A DNA stretch of 58,664 nucleotides from an uncultured Clostridia bacterium (lineage in GTDB: Bacteria; Bacillota; Clostridia; TANB77; CAG-508). The notes beneath the pieces are model-generated. The model saw nothing but the letters and a program-made list of their open reading frames with translations. It was not told where the DNA came from and did no database searches. Below are positions 19,753 to 29,989 of the stretch, in pieces (position 1 is the first letter of the stretch; each line of letters opens with the position of its first letter). Where the stretch lies: positions 1 to 58,664 of the forward strand of contig CAKPDO010000004.1 in assembly GCA_934148985.1 (NCBI GenBank), in the 5' to 3' direction. A program made the position numbers and the translations under genes.

Positions 19753-19832
19753 TTTGGAAAATTTGGTATATAATAAAATGTGTGCTATTATAATAGTGCT
19801 TAAGCAAATCGTGCATGAAATGAAACCCAAAA

Positions 19833-19868
19833 AGACTAGGTAATGTCCAAGAAACCTAGCCTTTTTTC
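19833..19868 (+). terminator. Intrinsic terminator
   Basis: GACTAGGT / ACCTAGCC stem followed by TTTTTT. Confidence 0.6.
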
Positions 19869-19961
19869 GTATCTAAAATAGTTAGTTTTTACATTCTGTA
19901 AAACTTTATCAGTAGGATAAGCTAATTTATGCGGGGAAAAATATAGACGAAATGAATAATA

Positions 19962-19991
19962 AAAGAAGCGTAGCTAGAGGCTACGCTTTTT
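19962..19991. terminator. Bidirectional intrinsic terminator between convergent genes
   Basis: AGCGTAGC-TAGAG-GCTACGCT hairpin flanked by an A-run and a T-run. Confidence 0.7.
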
Positions 19992-20019
19992 GGCAACTTA
20001 TTTGGTTAACGAGTCATTT

Positions 20020-20469
20020 TTATCTGTTTTTTAAAAGTTCGTCTATGTCAATTCCATCCGGATTTAGTAATGTACCTCTATCCAGATACATGAAATAGGC
20101 ATCAGCATAGTTGAAATGTTTCACACCATTATTTGAAGTATACCATACTTCAGTAGGTGTCAGGCAGAAATCCTTTCCTGAAAGTAAAAGAATTGCCCCT
20201 TTGGTAGTTTGCATGGCAAATAAGCTATGCTTTGAATCCACACCTACCCAAAAACTATTTGTGTAGAAAGATGAATCAGCCTGTAAAAATGCGCCATTTT
20301 CTACTAAAGAGATATAATCTTCTTCAGTTGAAATATCCTGATAGGATACTTCTGGAGTGGATACGCCTTCAATTGCTGAATATGTGGTTGGCTGCTTGGG
20401 GGTGGTGTATGATGAATTACTTGCAGCAATCGAAACAATAATACTAATGATGATAATTAATTTTGTCAT
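20020..20469 (-). CDS. Small membrane-anchored/secreted hypothetical protein (~149 aa)
   Basis: N-terminal hydrophobic helix MTKLIIIISIIVSIAA. ATG 20469 follows GGAGGA. GC-richer than its neighbours and the only minus-strand gene locally. Confidence 0.55.
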   Translation of the reverse strand: MTKLIIIISIIVSIAASNSSYTTPKQPTTYSAIEGVSTPEVSYQDISTEEDYISLVENGAFLQADSSFYTNSFWVGVDSKHSLFAMQTTKGAILLLSGKDFCLTPTEVWYTSNNGVKHFNYADAYFMYLDRGTLLNPDGIDIDELLKNR

Positions 20470-20597
20470 AATTTTTTCCTCCATATTTTAAATAAAATAA
20501 GTTGCCATTGCACTTGATATTGAAAACTATCAACCACACATTAATTATACAATAAATGGCATAAAAAGTCAAAATTTATGTAAATCAAAATCATCAT

Positions 20598-20685
20598 TTC
20601 CCATTGGGACCGTATCATTTCGCAAAAAAACTGTACCAACGGAAAATGCTCATTTTTATTCACAAAAAAGAACCAGCCCCAATAC
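20598..20685. repeat. Degenerate dispersed-repeat cluster upstream of the ATPase gene
   Basis: TTTCCCATTGGGACCGTATC (inverted type) and CACAAAAAAGAACCAGCCCCAATAC (forward type). Confidence 0.6.
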
Positions 20686-20765
20686 AAAATTTTTGCATAA
20701 AAAATCTCTCAAAAGCATATATAAAAATAGGACAAAGTCCAAAAAACGAAAGGAGAGATAGAAAT

Positions 20766-23405
20766 ATGTGGCATACCAAAAATACATATGAAATAGAAAA
20801 AAGCCTAAAAACAGATATTAAAAGGGGGTTAACAAGTAAAGAAGTACAAGAAAGGCAGATAAAACAAGGCAAAAACAAATTAAACGAAAAGAAAAAAGAA
20901 AATATAGTAATAAGATTTATAAAACAATTCAATGATTTTATGATAATAATTCTAATACTAGCATCAATAATATCAGCAGTAGTATCATATATGCAAGGAC
21001 AAAATGATTACATAGATTCTATAATAATAATTGCAATAGTAATATTAAATGCGGTAATGGGACTGATTCAAGAAGAAAAAGCCGAAAAGTCAATAGAAAG
21101 TTTAAAAAAATTAACTCCTCAAATTGCTAAAGTAATAAGAGATGGAGAGTTAAAAGAAATATTAGCTGAAGAATTAGTTCAGGGTGATATCATAGAACTA
21201 TCAGACGGAAATTATGTTCCAGCAGATTGCAGGATAATAGAAGAATTTAATTTAAAAATAGAGGAATCGAGTTTAACAGGAGAAACGGAGCCTGTTAGCA
21301 AGACAAATAAGATAATAAATAAAGAAGATATTCCACTTGGAGATATGAAAAATATGGCATTTATGGCAAGTATTGTTGTAAGTGGTAGGGGAAAAGCAAT
21401 TGTAACTGAAATTGGAATGAATACCAAAATTGGACAAATTGCGAACATGATAATAGAAGATGAAGCACCAGAAACGCCTATACAAAAAAAGCTTGGAGAA
21501 GTTGGAAAAATTCTTGGAATTGTGTGTTTAGTTATATGTGCAATAATCTTTATAATAGGGATTATAAAGAAAATAGAACCTGTTGAAATGTTTATGACTT
21601 CAGTTGGTTTAGCCGTTGCGGCAATACCAGAGGGTTTGCCGGCAATTGTTACAATAATGTTATCAATTGGTGTAACTAAAATGGCAAAGAAAAATGCAAT
21701 TATTAGAAAATTGCCAGCTGTAGAAACATTAGGCAGTAGCAATGTGATTTGTTCAGATAAAACAGGAACTTTAACACAAAATAAAATGACAGTTGTAAAA
21801 ACGATGGCATCTAGTCCAAAAATGTTGTTAGAATTAGGCTCAATGTGTACAGATTGTATGATAAAAAAAGATGAAAATGGAAGATTGATGGCAGTAGGAG
21901 AGCCAACAGAGGCAGCAATTGTAAATATGGCTTTAAATGAAAGTATAAATAAAGAAGAATTATATAAAAAAATGCCTAGAATTAGTGAACTTCCTTTTGA
22001 ATCAAATAGAAAAATGATGACGACTGTTCACAAAGGACAAAATGGAGCGATTTTGAGTATTACAAAAGGTGCTCCAGATATATTAATAGGGAAATGTAAC
22101 AGAATATATTTAGATGGGAAGATTGAGAAATTAACAAGAGAGAAAATGGAAGAATTAAAAAGACAGAATGAAAATATGGCAGATGAGGCTTTAAGAGTAA
22201 TTGCAGTGGGTTATAAAGAATTAGATTATTTTGGAAAAGCAAATTTTGAATTAGAGGAAAATTTGATTTTTGTAGGGTTAATTGGAATGATAGACCCACC
22301 ACGTGAAGGAGTAAAAGAAGCGGTTATGACATGTCAAAAAGCTGGAATAAAGACCGTTATGATAACAGGTGACCACATTGCAACAGCAACTGCAATAGCA
22401 AAAAATTTAGGAATTTTGAAAACAGGTGAAAAAGCAATAACAGGAAGCGAACTGAATAAGATATCAGATGAGGAGTTAGAAAGAAATATAACAAGTTATT
22501 CAGTGTTTGCAAGGGTTACGCCAGAACATAAAGTTAGAATTGTAAAAGCTTGGCAAAAAAGAGGAAAAGTTGTTGCAATGACAGGTGACGGAGTAAATGA
22601 TAGTCCAGCTTTGAAAAATGCAGATATTGGAATTGCGATGGGAAAAGGCGGAACAGATGTTGCAAAAAATGCATCAGATATGATTTTAGCAGATGATAAT
22701 TTTGTTACAATTGTTGAAGCTGTAAGACAAGGAAGAAAAATTTATGATAATATAAAAAAAGCGATACACTTTTTGATTGCGACAAATATAGGAGAAATAA
22801 CAACAATTTTTATAGGATTACTTTCCGGAATGGAGTCACCTTTGCTTGCAATTCAACTTTTATGGATAAATTTGGTTACAGATTCTTTTCCAGCAATTGC
22901 ACTTGGCCTAGAAAGAGAAGAAAAAGACATAATGAACAGAAAACCAAGAAATTCAAAAGAAAGTATATTTTCTGGAGGTTTATGGGAAAAAATTATTATA
23001 GAAGGTGTAATGCTTGGATGTTTAACTCTATTTGCTTTTTCTCTTGGTACAAGGTTATTTGGACTTACAACAGGAAGAACGATGGCTTTTGTTGCCCTTG
23101 GTATGCTTGAATTAATACATAGTTTTAATGTAAAGTCAGAAGAATCAATTTTCAAAACAGGCCTTTTAGAAAATAAGTATTTGATTGGAAGTTTTATACT
23201 TGGAACTTTGTTACAGGTCATAGTTGTTATTGTTCCTTATTTTGCAAAAGTGTTTGAACTTGTACCACTAAATGGTATGCAATGGCTTTATACTGTAATG
23301 ATTTCGATTGTTCCTATTGTGGTTGTTGAAATTCAAAAGATGGTTAAAAGATTGTTTGAGGGAAAGAAAGTTTATTTGAATTCGAAAAATAGTTTGAATT
23401 ATTAG
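20766..23405 (+). CDS. P-type (P2A, Ca2+-type) cation-transporting ATPase
   Basis: DKTGTLT phosphorylation motif, PEGLPA, MITGDH, TGDGVNDSPALKNADIGIAMG, and ~10 TM helices. ATG 20766 follows AAAGGAGAGATAGAAAT; the upstream part of the tracked ORF reads through repeats. Confidence 0.9.
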   Translation: MWHTKNTYEIEKSLKTDIKRGLTSKEVQERQIKQGKNKLNEKKKENIVIRFIKQFNDFMIIILILASIISAVVSYMQGQNDYIDSIIIIAIVILNAVMGLIQEEKAEKSIESLKKLTPQIAKVIRDGELKEILAEELVQGDIIELSDGNYVPADCRIIEEFNLKIEESSLTGETEPVSKTNKIINKEDIPLGDMKNMAFMASIVVSGRGKAIVTEIGMNTKIGQIANMIIEDEAPETPIQKKLGEVGKILGIVCLVICAIIFIIGIIKKIEPVEMFMTSVGLAVAAIPEGLPAIVTIMLSIGVTKMAKKNAIIRKLPAVETLGSSNVICSDKTGTLTQNKMTVVKTMASSPKMLLELGSMCTDCMIKKDENGRLMAVGEPTEAAIVNMALNESINKEELYKKMPRISELPFESNRKMMTTVHKGQNGAILSITKGAPDILIGKCNRIYLDGKIEKLTREKMEELKRQNENMADEALRVIAVGYKELDYFGKANFELEENLIFVGLIGMIDPPREGVKEAVMTCQKAGIKTVMITGDHIATATAIAKNLGILKTGEKAITGSELNKISDEELERNITSYSVFARVTPEHKVRIVKAWQKRGKVVAMTGDGVNDSPALKNADIGIAMGKGGTDVAKNASDMILADDNFVTIVEAVRQGRKIYDNIKKAIHFLIATNIGEITTIFIGLLSGMESPLLAIQLLWINLVTDSFPAIALGLEREEKDIMNRKPRNSKESIFSGGLWEKIIIEGVMLGCLTLFAFSLGTRLFGLTTGRTMAFVALGMLELIHSFNVKSEESIFKTGLLENKYLIGSFILGTLLQVIVVIVPYFAKVFELVPLNGMQWLYTVMISIVPIVVVEIQKMVKRLFEGKKVYLNSKNSLNY

Positions 23406-23415
23406 TGAATTGGTA

Positions 23416-23444
23416 TTGAATATATTGAAAATTTGTGATAGACT
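23416..23444 (+). promoter_or_regulatory. Promoter of small-ORF cassette 1 (TTGAAT-17-TAGACT, TGn)
   Basis: Part of an ~80-nt block nearly identical to 24598-24671. Confidence 0.6.
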
Positions 23445-23489
23445 TAGAAAATCAAGAGTTAATATACTTTTTTTAAGGAGGGCATTATC

Positions 23490-23762
23490 ATGGAGGAAAA
23501 CCGGATTGCATCAGTCAACAGTTACGAATGTGAAACATCAACAGTTTGTGGAGTAACGACAACATTTATATATTTTTATATGAATGAAGAATATTTTGCA
23601 CAAACTAAGTTAGTAGATGTGAGCCAAACTACGATCGCTAAAGTAAAAGAATATTTAGACGATGTTATTGAGAAAAACAGCAAGGCTGGGCACATAAATG
23701 AGGTAACTTATTTAACTACCATGTTAGTTAAAATCAAGGAAATCAAGAAGTCGTCTTACTAA
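23490..23762 (+). CDS. Small hypothetical protein (90 aa), cassette 1
   Basis: Strong SD AAGGAGGG. Distant paralogue of 24672-24944. Contains in-frame CGG (23502) as Arg. Confidence 0.55.
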   Translation: MEENRIASVNSYECETSTVCGVTTTFIYFYMNEEYFAQTKLVDVSQTTIAKVKEYLDDVIEKNSKAGHINEVTYLTTMLVKIKEIKKSSY

Positions 23763-23770
23763 TGCACAAT

Positions 23771-23799
23771 AGAGGAGGCAAATGTATTTTGCCTCCTCT
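23771..23799. terminator. Bidirectional terminator shared by convergent genes
   Basis: AGAGGAGGCAAA / TTTGCCTCCTCT hairpin. Confidence 0.75.
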
Positions 23800-23811
23800 A
23801 AAACTATGTAA

Positions 23812-24507
23812 TTAATGTTCAGCCAATGAATTTTCTTGTTCGGCTTCATCTTTATTAGGTTCAATTCTTTTTTCAATAAGTTTATTAATTTTAGAAATTC
23901 CATCAGTAATTCCAAGTAAATCTGTTTTATCACTTACTAAAGTAGTCTTAGCTTTAGCTTCGTGTCTGCTATTTTTAGGGCAAACAATAAAACCTTGTTT
24001 TAAACGTTTTATGTAATCCATTGCATCTAAGTCATTTCTACCATTTCCACAGTAAATAGCCATTATAAGTTCATTTAAATCACTTTCCATATAATGTTCA
24101 CACCAATTTAGTACATAATCAGCTTTGCCAAATTTAGCTGTATCAAAGTCCTTTGTATTTACTGGTTCTCTTAAAGGAACAATTCGGTCTCCTGTAAATT
24201 CACTTGAAATCATATCTATATCAGGATAAGCGGCTCCTCCTTCTATGGGATACAACGTGTTTTCCCACTTATTAAGTTTATTAAAAAATGCTATTGTGTT
24301 GTCTATTTGTTTCATGATTTCATTCATTTGTTTTTGGTATACTGGTGAAACAAGATGAAGATGAATTTTGGCTTTTGTTAATTCTTGAAGTTTATATAAT
24401 TCGGATAAAAAACTATACATATCTTTAGGCTCAAATTTTCCATCTGATTCTCTTAAAAGTGTTCCTTCAAGGTCTGAAAATAATAAAATAACTTTTTTCT
24501 TGTTCAT
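23812..24507 (-). CDS. HAD-superfamily (Cof-like, IIB) hydrolase
   Basis: Motif I FSDLEGTLL (DxE variant of DxD) and motif IV GNGRNDLDAM. Confidence 0.7.
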   Translation of the reverse strand: MNKKKVILLFSDLEGTLLRESDGKFEPKDMYSFLSELYKLQELTKAKIHLHLVSPVYQKQMNEIMKQIDNTIAFFNKLNKWENTLYPIEGGAAYPDIDMISSEFTGDRIVPLREPVNTKDFDTAKFGKADYVLNWCEHYMESDLNELIMAIYCGNGRNDLDAMDYIKRLKQGFIVCPKNSRHEAKAKTTLVSDKTDLLGITDGISKINKLIEKRIEPNKDEAEQENSLAEH

Positions 24508-24601
24508 GAAAATCTCCTCCTTCTTTTTTTAGAGTATCATATGCAAAGGAAAAAGTCAATAAAATTAGTGGTTTTATTATACACTTATTCGCGATTGTGT
24601 A

Positions 24602-24630
24602 TTGAATATATTGTAAATTTGTGCTAGAAT
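24602..24630 (+). promoter_or_regulatory. Promoter of small-ORF cassette 2 (TTGAAT-17-TAGAAT, TGn)
   Basis: Same conserved block as 23416-23489. Confidence 0.6.
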
Positions 24631-24671
24631 TATAGAGTAACTGTTAATATACATTTTTAGGAGGGCATGAA

Positions 24672-24944
24672 ATGCAAAATTTTTTAGCTGTTAATGAGTA
24701 TCGGTTTACTTTGGCTCAAAAGGAAGGAAAGTGGAACCTTACGGTAGTCTTCTATAATGGCAACAATGTTATAGATTGGTACCAATGTAGGGATGTAAAA
24801 GGAGATGTATTGAATAAAGTAAGTGAAGTTGATTCATATATACAAAAATCAATACAAAAGAACCTGATGGCCAATAGCATTCGCAAAATCGAAAGAATAA
24901 GTGTTATGGAGGCTAAAATAGAGAAGATACTAAAAACAGAATAA
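24672..24944 (+). CDS. Small hypothetical protein (90 aa), cassette 2
   Basis: SD AGGAGGG and the same length as the cassette-1 ORF. In-frame CGG (24702) as Arg. Confidence 0.55.
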   Translation: MQNFLAVNEYRFTLAQKEGKWNLTVVFYNGNNVIDWYQCRDVKGDVLNKVSEVDSYIQKSIQKNLMANSIRKIERISVMEAKIEKILKTE

Positions 24945-24950
24945 AAAATC

Positions 24951-24987
24951 AAACAGAGGAAGCAGAATTATTTTGCTTCCTCTGTTT
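24951..24987. terminator. Bidirectional terminator
   Basis: AAACAGAGGAAGCA / TGCTTCCTCTGTTT hairpin. Confidence 0.75.
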
Positions 24988-25011
24988 GTATTATTAATTA
25001 AAAGAAAAAAT

Positions 25012-25659
25012 TTATTTATTGATCCACCTATGCCATCTAGCTTTTCCCTCAAGAGCTATAGCTTCAGCAGAAATGCTATAACTTTTTTGCCTAGGCTTTG
25101 GGGTGCAAGCGTTGTAATGTGTACATGAACTTACAACAAAACAGTCTTGCTTTGTATTAAATGTTTCATACCCTCTTTTTATCCAAGGATATTTCTCGAT
25201 ATAAGTTGCTAAATTTCGGACTTTGGCACATCCACCATCAGTATCACTTGCTGCAGAAAGACGTTTGCATTCATGATTAGGTAATGAACACAAGTGAGAT
25301 GAGCCTAAAAGTTTAGCAGCCATAAGATCCAAATTGAAAGGAATAGCCCCATAATAGAGCTTTCCATCAAACTTTACGATAAGAGATGGGTTTTTGCCTT
25401 CTCGATAACGTTTAATTTCCTTTGAATCGACTTCTTCTAACTTGAAGAAGCACATTTCTTGTTCTTTGGAAATTAAAACAGAACTTACTATTCCACATAA
25501 ATGTCCAAGTTTATTTATAGCGCATGTTTGTTCTGTAATAGTGGTTACCTCTAATGCTACTAGTGTCCGAAAATCATCTGTAAGCGTAGGATTTTCATAG
25601 CTTACTGAAGTGATTGTTCTTTTTTTTGTTGGGCCAGTATAGCCATACTTGTAAAACAT
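25012..25659 (-). CDS. Cys-rich hypothetical protein (215 aa)
   Basis: Long ORF with SD GGAGGAAAAATTATG on the minus strand. No recognised domain. In-frame CGG (25569..25567) as Arg. Confidence 0.55.
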   Translation of the reverse strand: MFYKYGYTGPTKKRTITSVSYENPTLTDDFRTLVALEVTTITEQTCAINKLGHLCGIVSSVLISKEQEMCFFKLEEVDSKEIKRYREGKNPSLIVKFDGKLYYGAIPFNLDLMAAKLLGSSHLCSLPNHECKRLSAASDTDGGCAKVRNLATYIEKYPWIKRGYETFNTKQDCFVVSSCTHYNACTPKPRQKSYSISAEAIALEGKARWHRWINK

Positions 25660-25851
25660 AATTTTTCCTCCTAAGTATTTTTGATATGAACAATTTTTTT
25701 CATATCCCTGTTTATGCCAAATACATATTGTATTTCGGAAAATTATATCATATTATGTAAATCTTGTAAATATATATTACAAAATTAATAGAAAAAGTAC
25801 AAAAAACAAAGAAACAGCATATAAATTATATAAATACAAACCAAAAACAAG

Positions 25852-25880
25852 TTGACAATTTTTGCTAAAAAGTATATACT
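25852..25880 (+). promoter_or_regulatory. Promoter (TTGACA-17-TATACT)
   Basis: Upstream of the NlpC/P60 gene. Confidence 0.6.
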
Positions 25881-25914
25881 TGCCTTGTTAAAAAACGAAA
25901 AATAGGAGAAAAAA

Positions 25915-27450
25915 ATGAGAAAAAAGATAAAAATAATGCTAATAATAACAATAGTTATGATATTAGCTATTACCACAAAAGCAAATGCTACAACAGGAAA
26001 AGCCAATCAAGAAACAATAAGAATTAGAAAAGAGGCAACAACAAATTCGGGAATAGTAACCTTAATTTCTTTAAATGAAGAAGTAGAAATACTATCAGAA
26101 GAGGGAGAATGGTACAAAGTAAAATACAAAACATACAGTGGATATATAAGAAAAGACATGTTAAATGTAGAAAATGCTTCACAAAATGTAACCGAAAATA
26201 AAACTACAGAAAACACAAGCATAGAAAATACAAATACAGCAACTGTAGAAAGCGAAAATAATCAAAATACAGAAAATCAAGTAAGTAATGTAGAAGCATC
26301 AAATACAGAAAATACAACAGAAAGTGCACAAAATGAAAATACAGAAACACCAAAAGAAGATAACAGTCAAAATAATGATGAAATAAAAGCAGGTTACACA
26401 GGAAAAATATCATCAAAAATAGAACTAAAAATCATACCAACTATAATTTCAAGTAATATTCATACAATTGATGAAAACACACAAATAACAGTAAAAGACG
26501 TAATGAATAAATGGAGTTACATAGAAACAGAATGCAAATCTGGATGGGTATTAACAAGTCAAATAAAAATAGTAGAAGAAAATAAAACAGAAGAAACAAC
26601 TCAAGAAAATGCAAAAAAAGAAGAAAACAAAGTTGAAGAAACGCAAACTGATAGTAAAAAAGAAGAAAATACGACAAAAGTAGAAGAAAGTAAAACTGTA
26701 AAGGAAGTAACAAAATACGTAACAGCTGAATCACTTAATGTAAGAGAAAAAGCTGAAAATGATGCTAAAATCATAAATCAATTAACAGTAAATACAAAAG
26801 TAACAGTAACAGAAACAACTGGAAATTGGTCAAAAATAAAAGTAAATGGAAAAACAGGTTATGTAGCAAGTAAATACTTATCAGACAAAAAAGTAGATGT
26901 AACATCAAGAAGCGAACAGATTTCAAGAAGCAGCACTGAAACTACAGCAGAAACAGCAACAGTAGCAACAACTTCAAGTAATAATAGTGAGCAGCCAAAA
27001 GAAAGCAGTGAAAAAACAGAAAGTAAGACAACATCATCTCAAGCAAGTTCTTCAAGCACATCAAGCTCTGGAGCAACAGGAAGTAGCATTGTAGAATATG
27101 CAAAAAAATATTTAGGATACAAATATGTATCTGGTGGTTCATCTCCAGAAACGGGCTTTGATTGTTCAGGGTTCACATCATATGTATACAAACATTTTGG
27201 AATAAGTATAAGCAGAACATCAGGAGCACAAGCATCAAATGGAACAGCAGTTTCAAAATCAAATTTACAAGCTGGAGATTTGGTGATATTTAATAATAAA
27301 TCAAACTCATCAGTAGGCCATGTAGGAATATATATTGGTGGTAATACATTCATACATGCAGGAAGTTCGAGAACAGGTGTAATAACAACATCTTTATCAG
27401 ATAGCTATTACTCAAAGAGGTATGTAACAGCTAGAAGAATAATAAATTAA
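25915..27450 (+). CDS. Secreted cell-wall hydrolase: SH3b repeats, low-complexity linker and C-terminal NlpC/P60
   Basis: Signal peptide, SH3b-like segments (EWYKVKYKTYSGYIRKDML, NWSKIKVNGKTGYVASKYL) and an NlpC/P60 core (GFDCSGFTSYVY ... HVGIYIG). Confidence 0.85.
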   Translation: MRKKIKIMLIITIVMILAITTKANATTGKANQETIRIRKEATTNSGIVTLISLNEEVEILSEEGEWYKVKYKTYSGYIRKDMLNVENASQNVTENKTTENTSIENTNTATVESENNQNTENQVSNVEASNTENTTESAQNENTETPKEDNSQNNDEIKAGYTGKISSKIELKIIPTIISSNIHTIDENTQITVKDVMNKWSYIETECKSGWVLTSQIKIVEENKTEETTQENAKKEENKVEETQTDSKKEENTTKVEESKTVKEVTKYVTAESLNVREKAENDAKIINQLTVNTKVTVTETTGNWSKIKVNGKTGYVASKYLSDKKVDVTSRSEQISRSSTETTAETATVATTSSNNSEQPKESSEKTESKTTSSQASSSSTSSSGATGSSIVEYAKKYLGYKYVSGGSSPETGFDCSGFTSYVYKHFGISISRTSGAQASNGTAVSKSNLQAGDLVIFNNKSNSSVGHVGIYIGGNTFIHAGSSRTGVITTSLSDSYYSKRYVTARRIIN

Positions 27451-27458
27451 GGAGGATT

Positions 27459-29942
27459 ATGCTAGAGAAAAGACCAATCTTAATAGCAGTAATCGGATAT
27501 ATTTTAGGAATATTAATGGGGCTATATTGTAAAATCAGTATAGTCCTTTTTTATGTTTTAATATTTCTTGTGTATGTGGTTACCAAAAATGAAAAACGAA
27601 AAAACAAATTTAAACTGTTTTCAATTAGACGATATTCGAGATACGTAAAAATTTTATTTAATAAAAGTGTATTAAAGATAATTATTATATTTTCGATTAT
27701 ATCAAATACAATAGTGTTATTTGAAAATTATAAATATGAAAATTTGTATAGTAATTTAGATGGAAAAAATTGTAAACTAAATGGAATAGTATGTGAAGTG
27801 GAAGAAAAAAGAATTAAAGTAAAAATAACAAACATTAAATATAAAAATACATATGTATATGTTTATAAAGAAACGGAAGAAATTAAGTATGGTGATAAAA
27901 TTGCTTTTGGTGGAATTTTTATGAAACCAGAAAAACGTTCTAATTACAAAGGATTTGATAGATTTGAATATTACAAAACTAAGAAAATATATGGAACAGT
28001 AAAATGCGAGAAAATAATTATTTTAGCTAAAAACACAAGATGGAGTTTTAAAAAATTTACGAACTATATAGCATCAAAAATAAATGAAGAATTTGAAAAA
28101 TCAAATTTAAGTACAGAAGAAAAAGCTATGTTAAAAGGAATGATTTTAGGAAAAAAGGATGATATGGAAGAAAAAACTATAGAAAATTTTAACAAAAGCA
28201 ATATATCATATATTTTAGCTGTATCTGGAATGCATGTTTCATATATAATTTTATTTTCAGAGTTTATATTCAAAAAAATATTTGGAAAACATTACTCAAA
28301 ATTGATGAGCAGCATAATAATTTTAATTTATATGAGTATAGTAAATTTTACGCCATCTATTGTGAGAGCTGGAATTGCTGGTATAATTATGGTTATGTCA
28401 AATTTTGTTTATAGAAAAAATGATACATTTGAAGCATTAAGTATAGCGCTGTTAATAATACTTGTTCAAAATCCGTTTTCTATAAAGGATATTGGATTGC
28501 AGCTATCATTTGGTGCGACAATTGGAATTGTTATATTTCAAGAGCCATTAAAAAAATTTTATGAAATATGGGTTGAAAAAATTAATAGACGAGTTATAAG
28601 AAAGGGTAAAAGAAATTTTGTAATTGATATTTTAAAAAGTAAAATAGTAAAAATTTTTATAGATTCTATAATTTTAACAATTTCAGCATCAATTTTAATA
28701 GTTCCAATTTTAATTTTATCTTTTAATATGTTGCCTTTTTTGAGTTTAATAATAAGCATTATAGCAGGACTTATAGTAGGACCTATAATGATTTTGGGAA
28801 TAATTTTTATTTTTATAAAAATTGAAATAATTAAAATTTTGCTCTCAATGTTAATTAAAAGTTTAATTTTTCTTTCAAATTTAGGTAGTCAAATGCCGTT
28901 AAATCAAATATATATAGTAACACCAAGTATTGGAATAGTTGTAATTTATTATATAGTTATTTTGATATTTAATGTTATGATAAAAATATATTTAGAAAAA
29001 AATCCAAATATGTTTGAACAAAGAATTAAGAATATAAGAAGTCTTATAAAGTATAAAATAAAATTATATTCAAAAAAAATAATATCATTAGTTCTCATAG
29101 TTAGTATATTAAACATTTTTGTGTCAGGTATTCCTAAAAATTTAAGAGTATATTTTGTTGATGTGGGGCAAGGTGATAGTACATTGATTTTAACGCCTAA
29201 AAATAAGTCAATTTTAATAGATGGAGGAGGAAGTGAGAATAAAGACTCTAATTATAATGTTGGAAAAAGTGTATTAATGCCATATTTACTTGATAGAAAA
29301 ATTGCTGTTATAGATTATGTAATTTTTAGTCATATGGATTCAGACCATGCCCAAGGACTACTTTATGTTATAGAAAATATGAAAGTCAAAAACATAGTTA
29401 TCGGAAGACAATTTGAGAATAGTAAAAATTTTGAAAATTTAATAAAAATTGTAAATAACAAAAAAATAAATATTGTAGTTGTAGAAAAAGGTGATATCAT
29501 TTATATTGAAAATAACGTATTTTTCAAGGTTTTGTGGCCTGATAGCAATCAAATGATTTCAGATAATGCTATTAATAATAATTCTTTAGTATGTAAATTA
29601 GAATATAAAAACTTTTCAATGCTTTTTACAGGTGACATAGAAAAAATAGCTGAAATGAAAATACTAGAAATCTATAAAAATAATTTGAATTTACTTAAAT
29701 CTAATATTTTAAAAGTTGCACATCATGGGTCAAAGACATCTTCTTGTTTAGAATTTGTAGAGGCTGTTAAACCTAAAATTTCTCTAATTGGAGTTGGAAA
29801 AAACAATAAATTTGGGCATCCATCAGATATTACTTTGAAAAATTTAGAAGAAACAAAGGTTTATAGAACAGATGAAATGGGGGAAATATCTATTGTAAGT
29901 GATGGAAAGAAATATAAAATAGAAACATTTATTAAAAAATGA
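27459..29942 (+). CDS. comEC: DNA internalisation competence protein ComEC/Rec2
   Basis: Polytopic membrane Competence domain (ILAVSGMHVS) plus a C-terminal metallo-beta-lactamase domain (VDVGQGDS, SHMDSDHAQG, VAHHGS). Confidence 0.85.
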   Translation: MLEKRPILIAVIGYILGILMGLYCKISIVLFYVLIFLVYVVTKNEKRKNKFKLFSIRRYSRYVKILFNKSVLKIIIIFSIISNTIVLFENYKYENLYSNLDGKNCKLNGIVCEVEEKRIKVKITNIKYKNTYVYVYKETEEIKYGDKIAFGGIFMKPEKRSNYKGFDRFEYYKTKKIYGTVKCEKIIILAKNTRWSFKKFTNYIASKINEEFEKSNLSTEEKAMLKGMILGKKDDMEEKTIENFNKSNISYILAVSGMHVSYIILFSEFIFKKIFGKHYSKLMSSIIILIYMSIVNFTPSIVRAGIAGIIMVMSNFVYRKNDTFEALSIALLIILVQNPFSIKDIGLQLSFGATIGIVIFQEPLKKFYEIWVEKINRRVIRKGKRNFVIDILKSKIVKIFIDSIILTISASILIVPILILSFNMLPFLSLIISIIAGLIVGPIMILGIIFIFIKIEIIKILLSMLIKSLIFLSNLGSQMPLNQIYIVTPSIGIVVIYYIVILIFNVMIKIYLEKNPNMFEQRIKNIRSLIKYKIKLYSKKIISLVLIVSILNIFVSGIPKNLRVYFVDVGQGDSTLILTPKNKSILIDGGGSENKDSNYNVGKSVLMPYLLDRKIAVIDYVIFSHMDSDHAQGLLYVIENMKVKNIVIGRQFENSKNFENLIKIVNNKKINIVVVEKGDIIYIENNVFFKVLWPDSNQMISDNAINNNSLVCKLEYKNFSMLFTGDIEKIAEMKILEIYKNNLNLLKSNILKVAHHGSKTSSCLEFVEAVKPKISLIGVGKNNKFGHPSDITLKNLEETKVYRTDEMGEISIVSDGKKYKIETFIKK

Positions 29943-29989
29943 ATAAAACTGAATAAATATGCCAAAATATGTAAAGAGGTGTATTTAAT

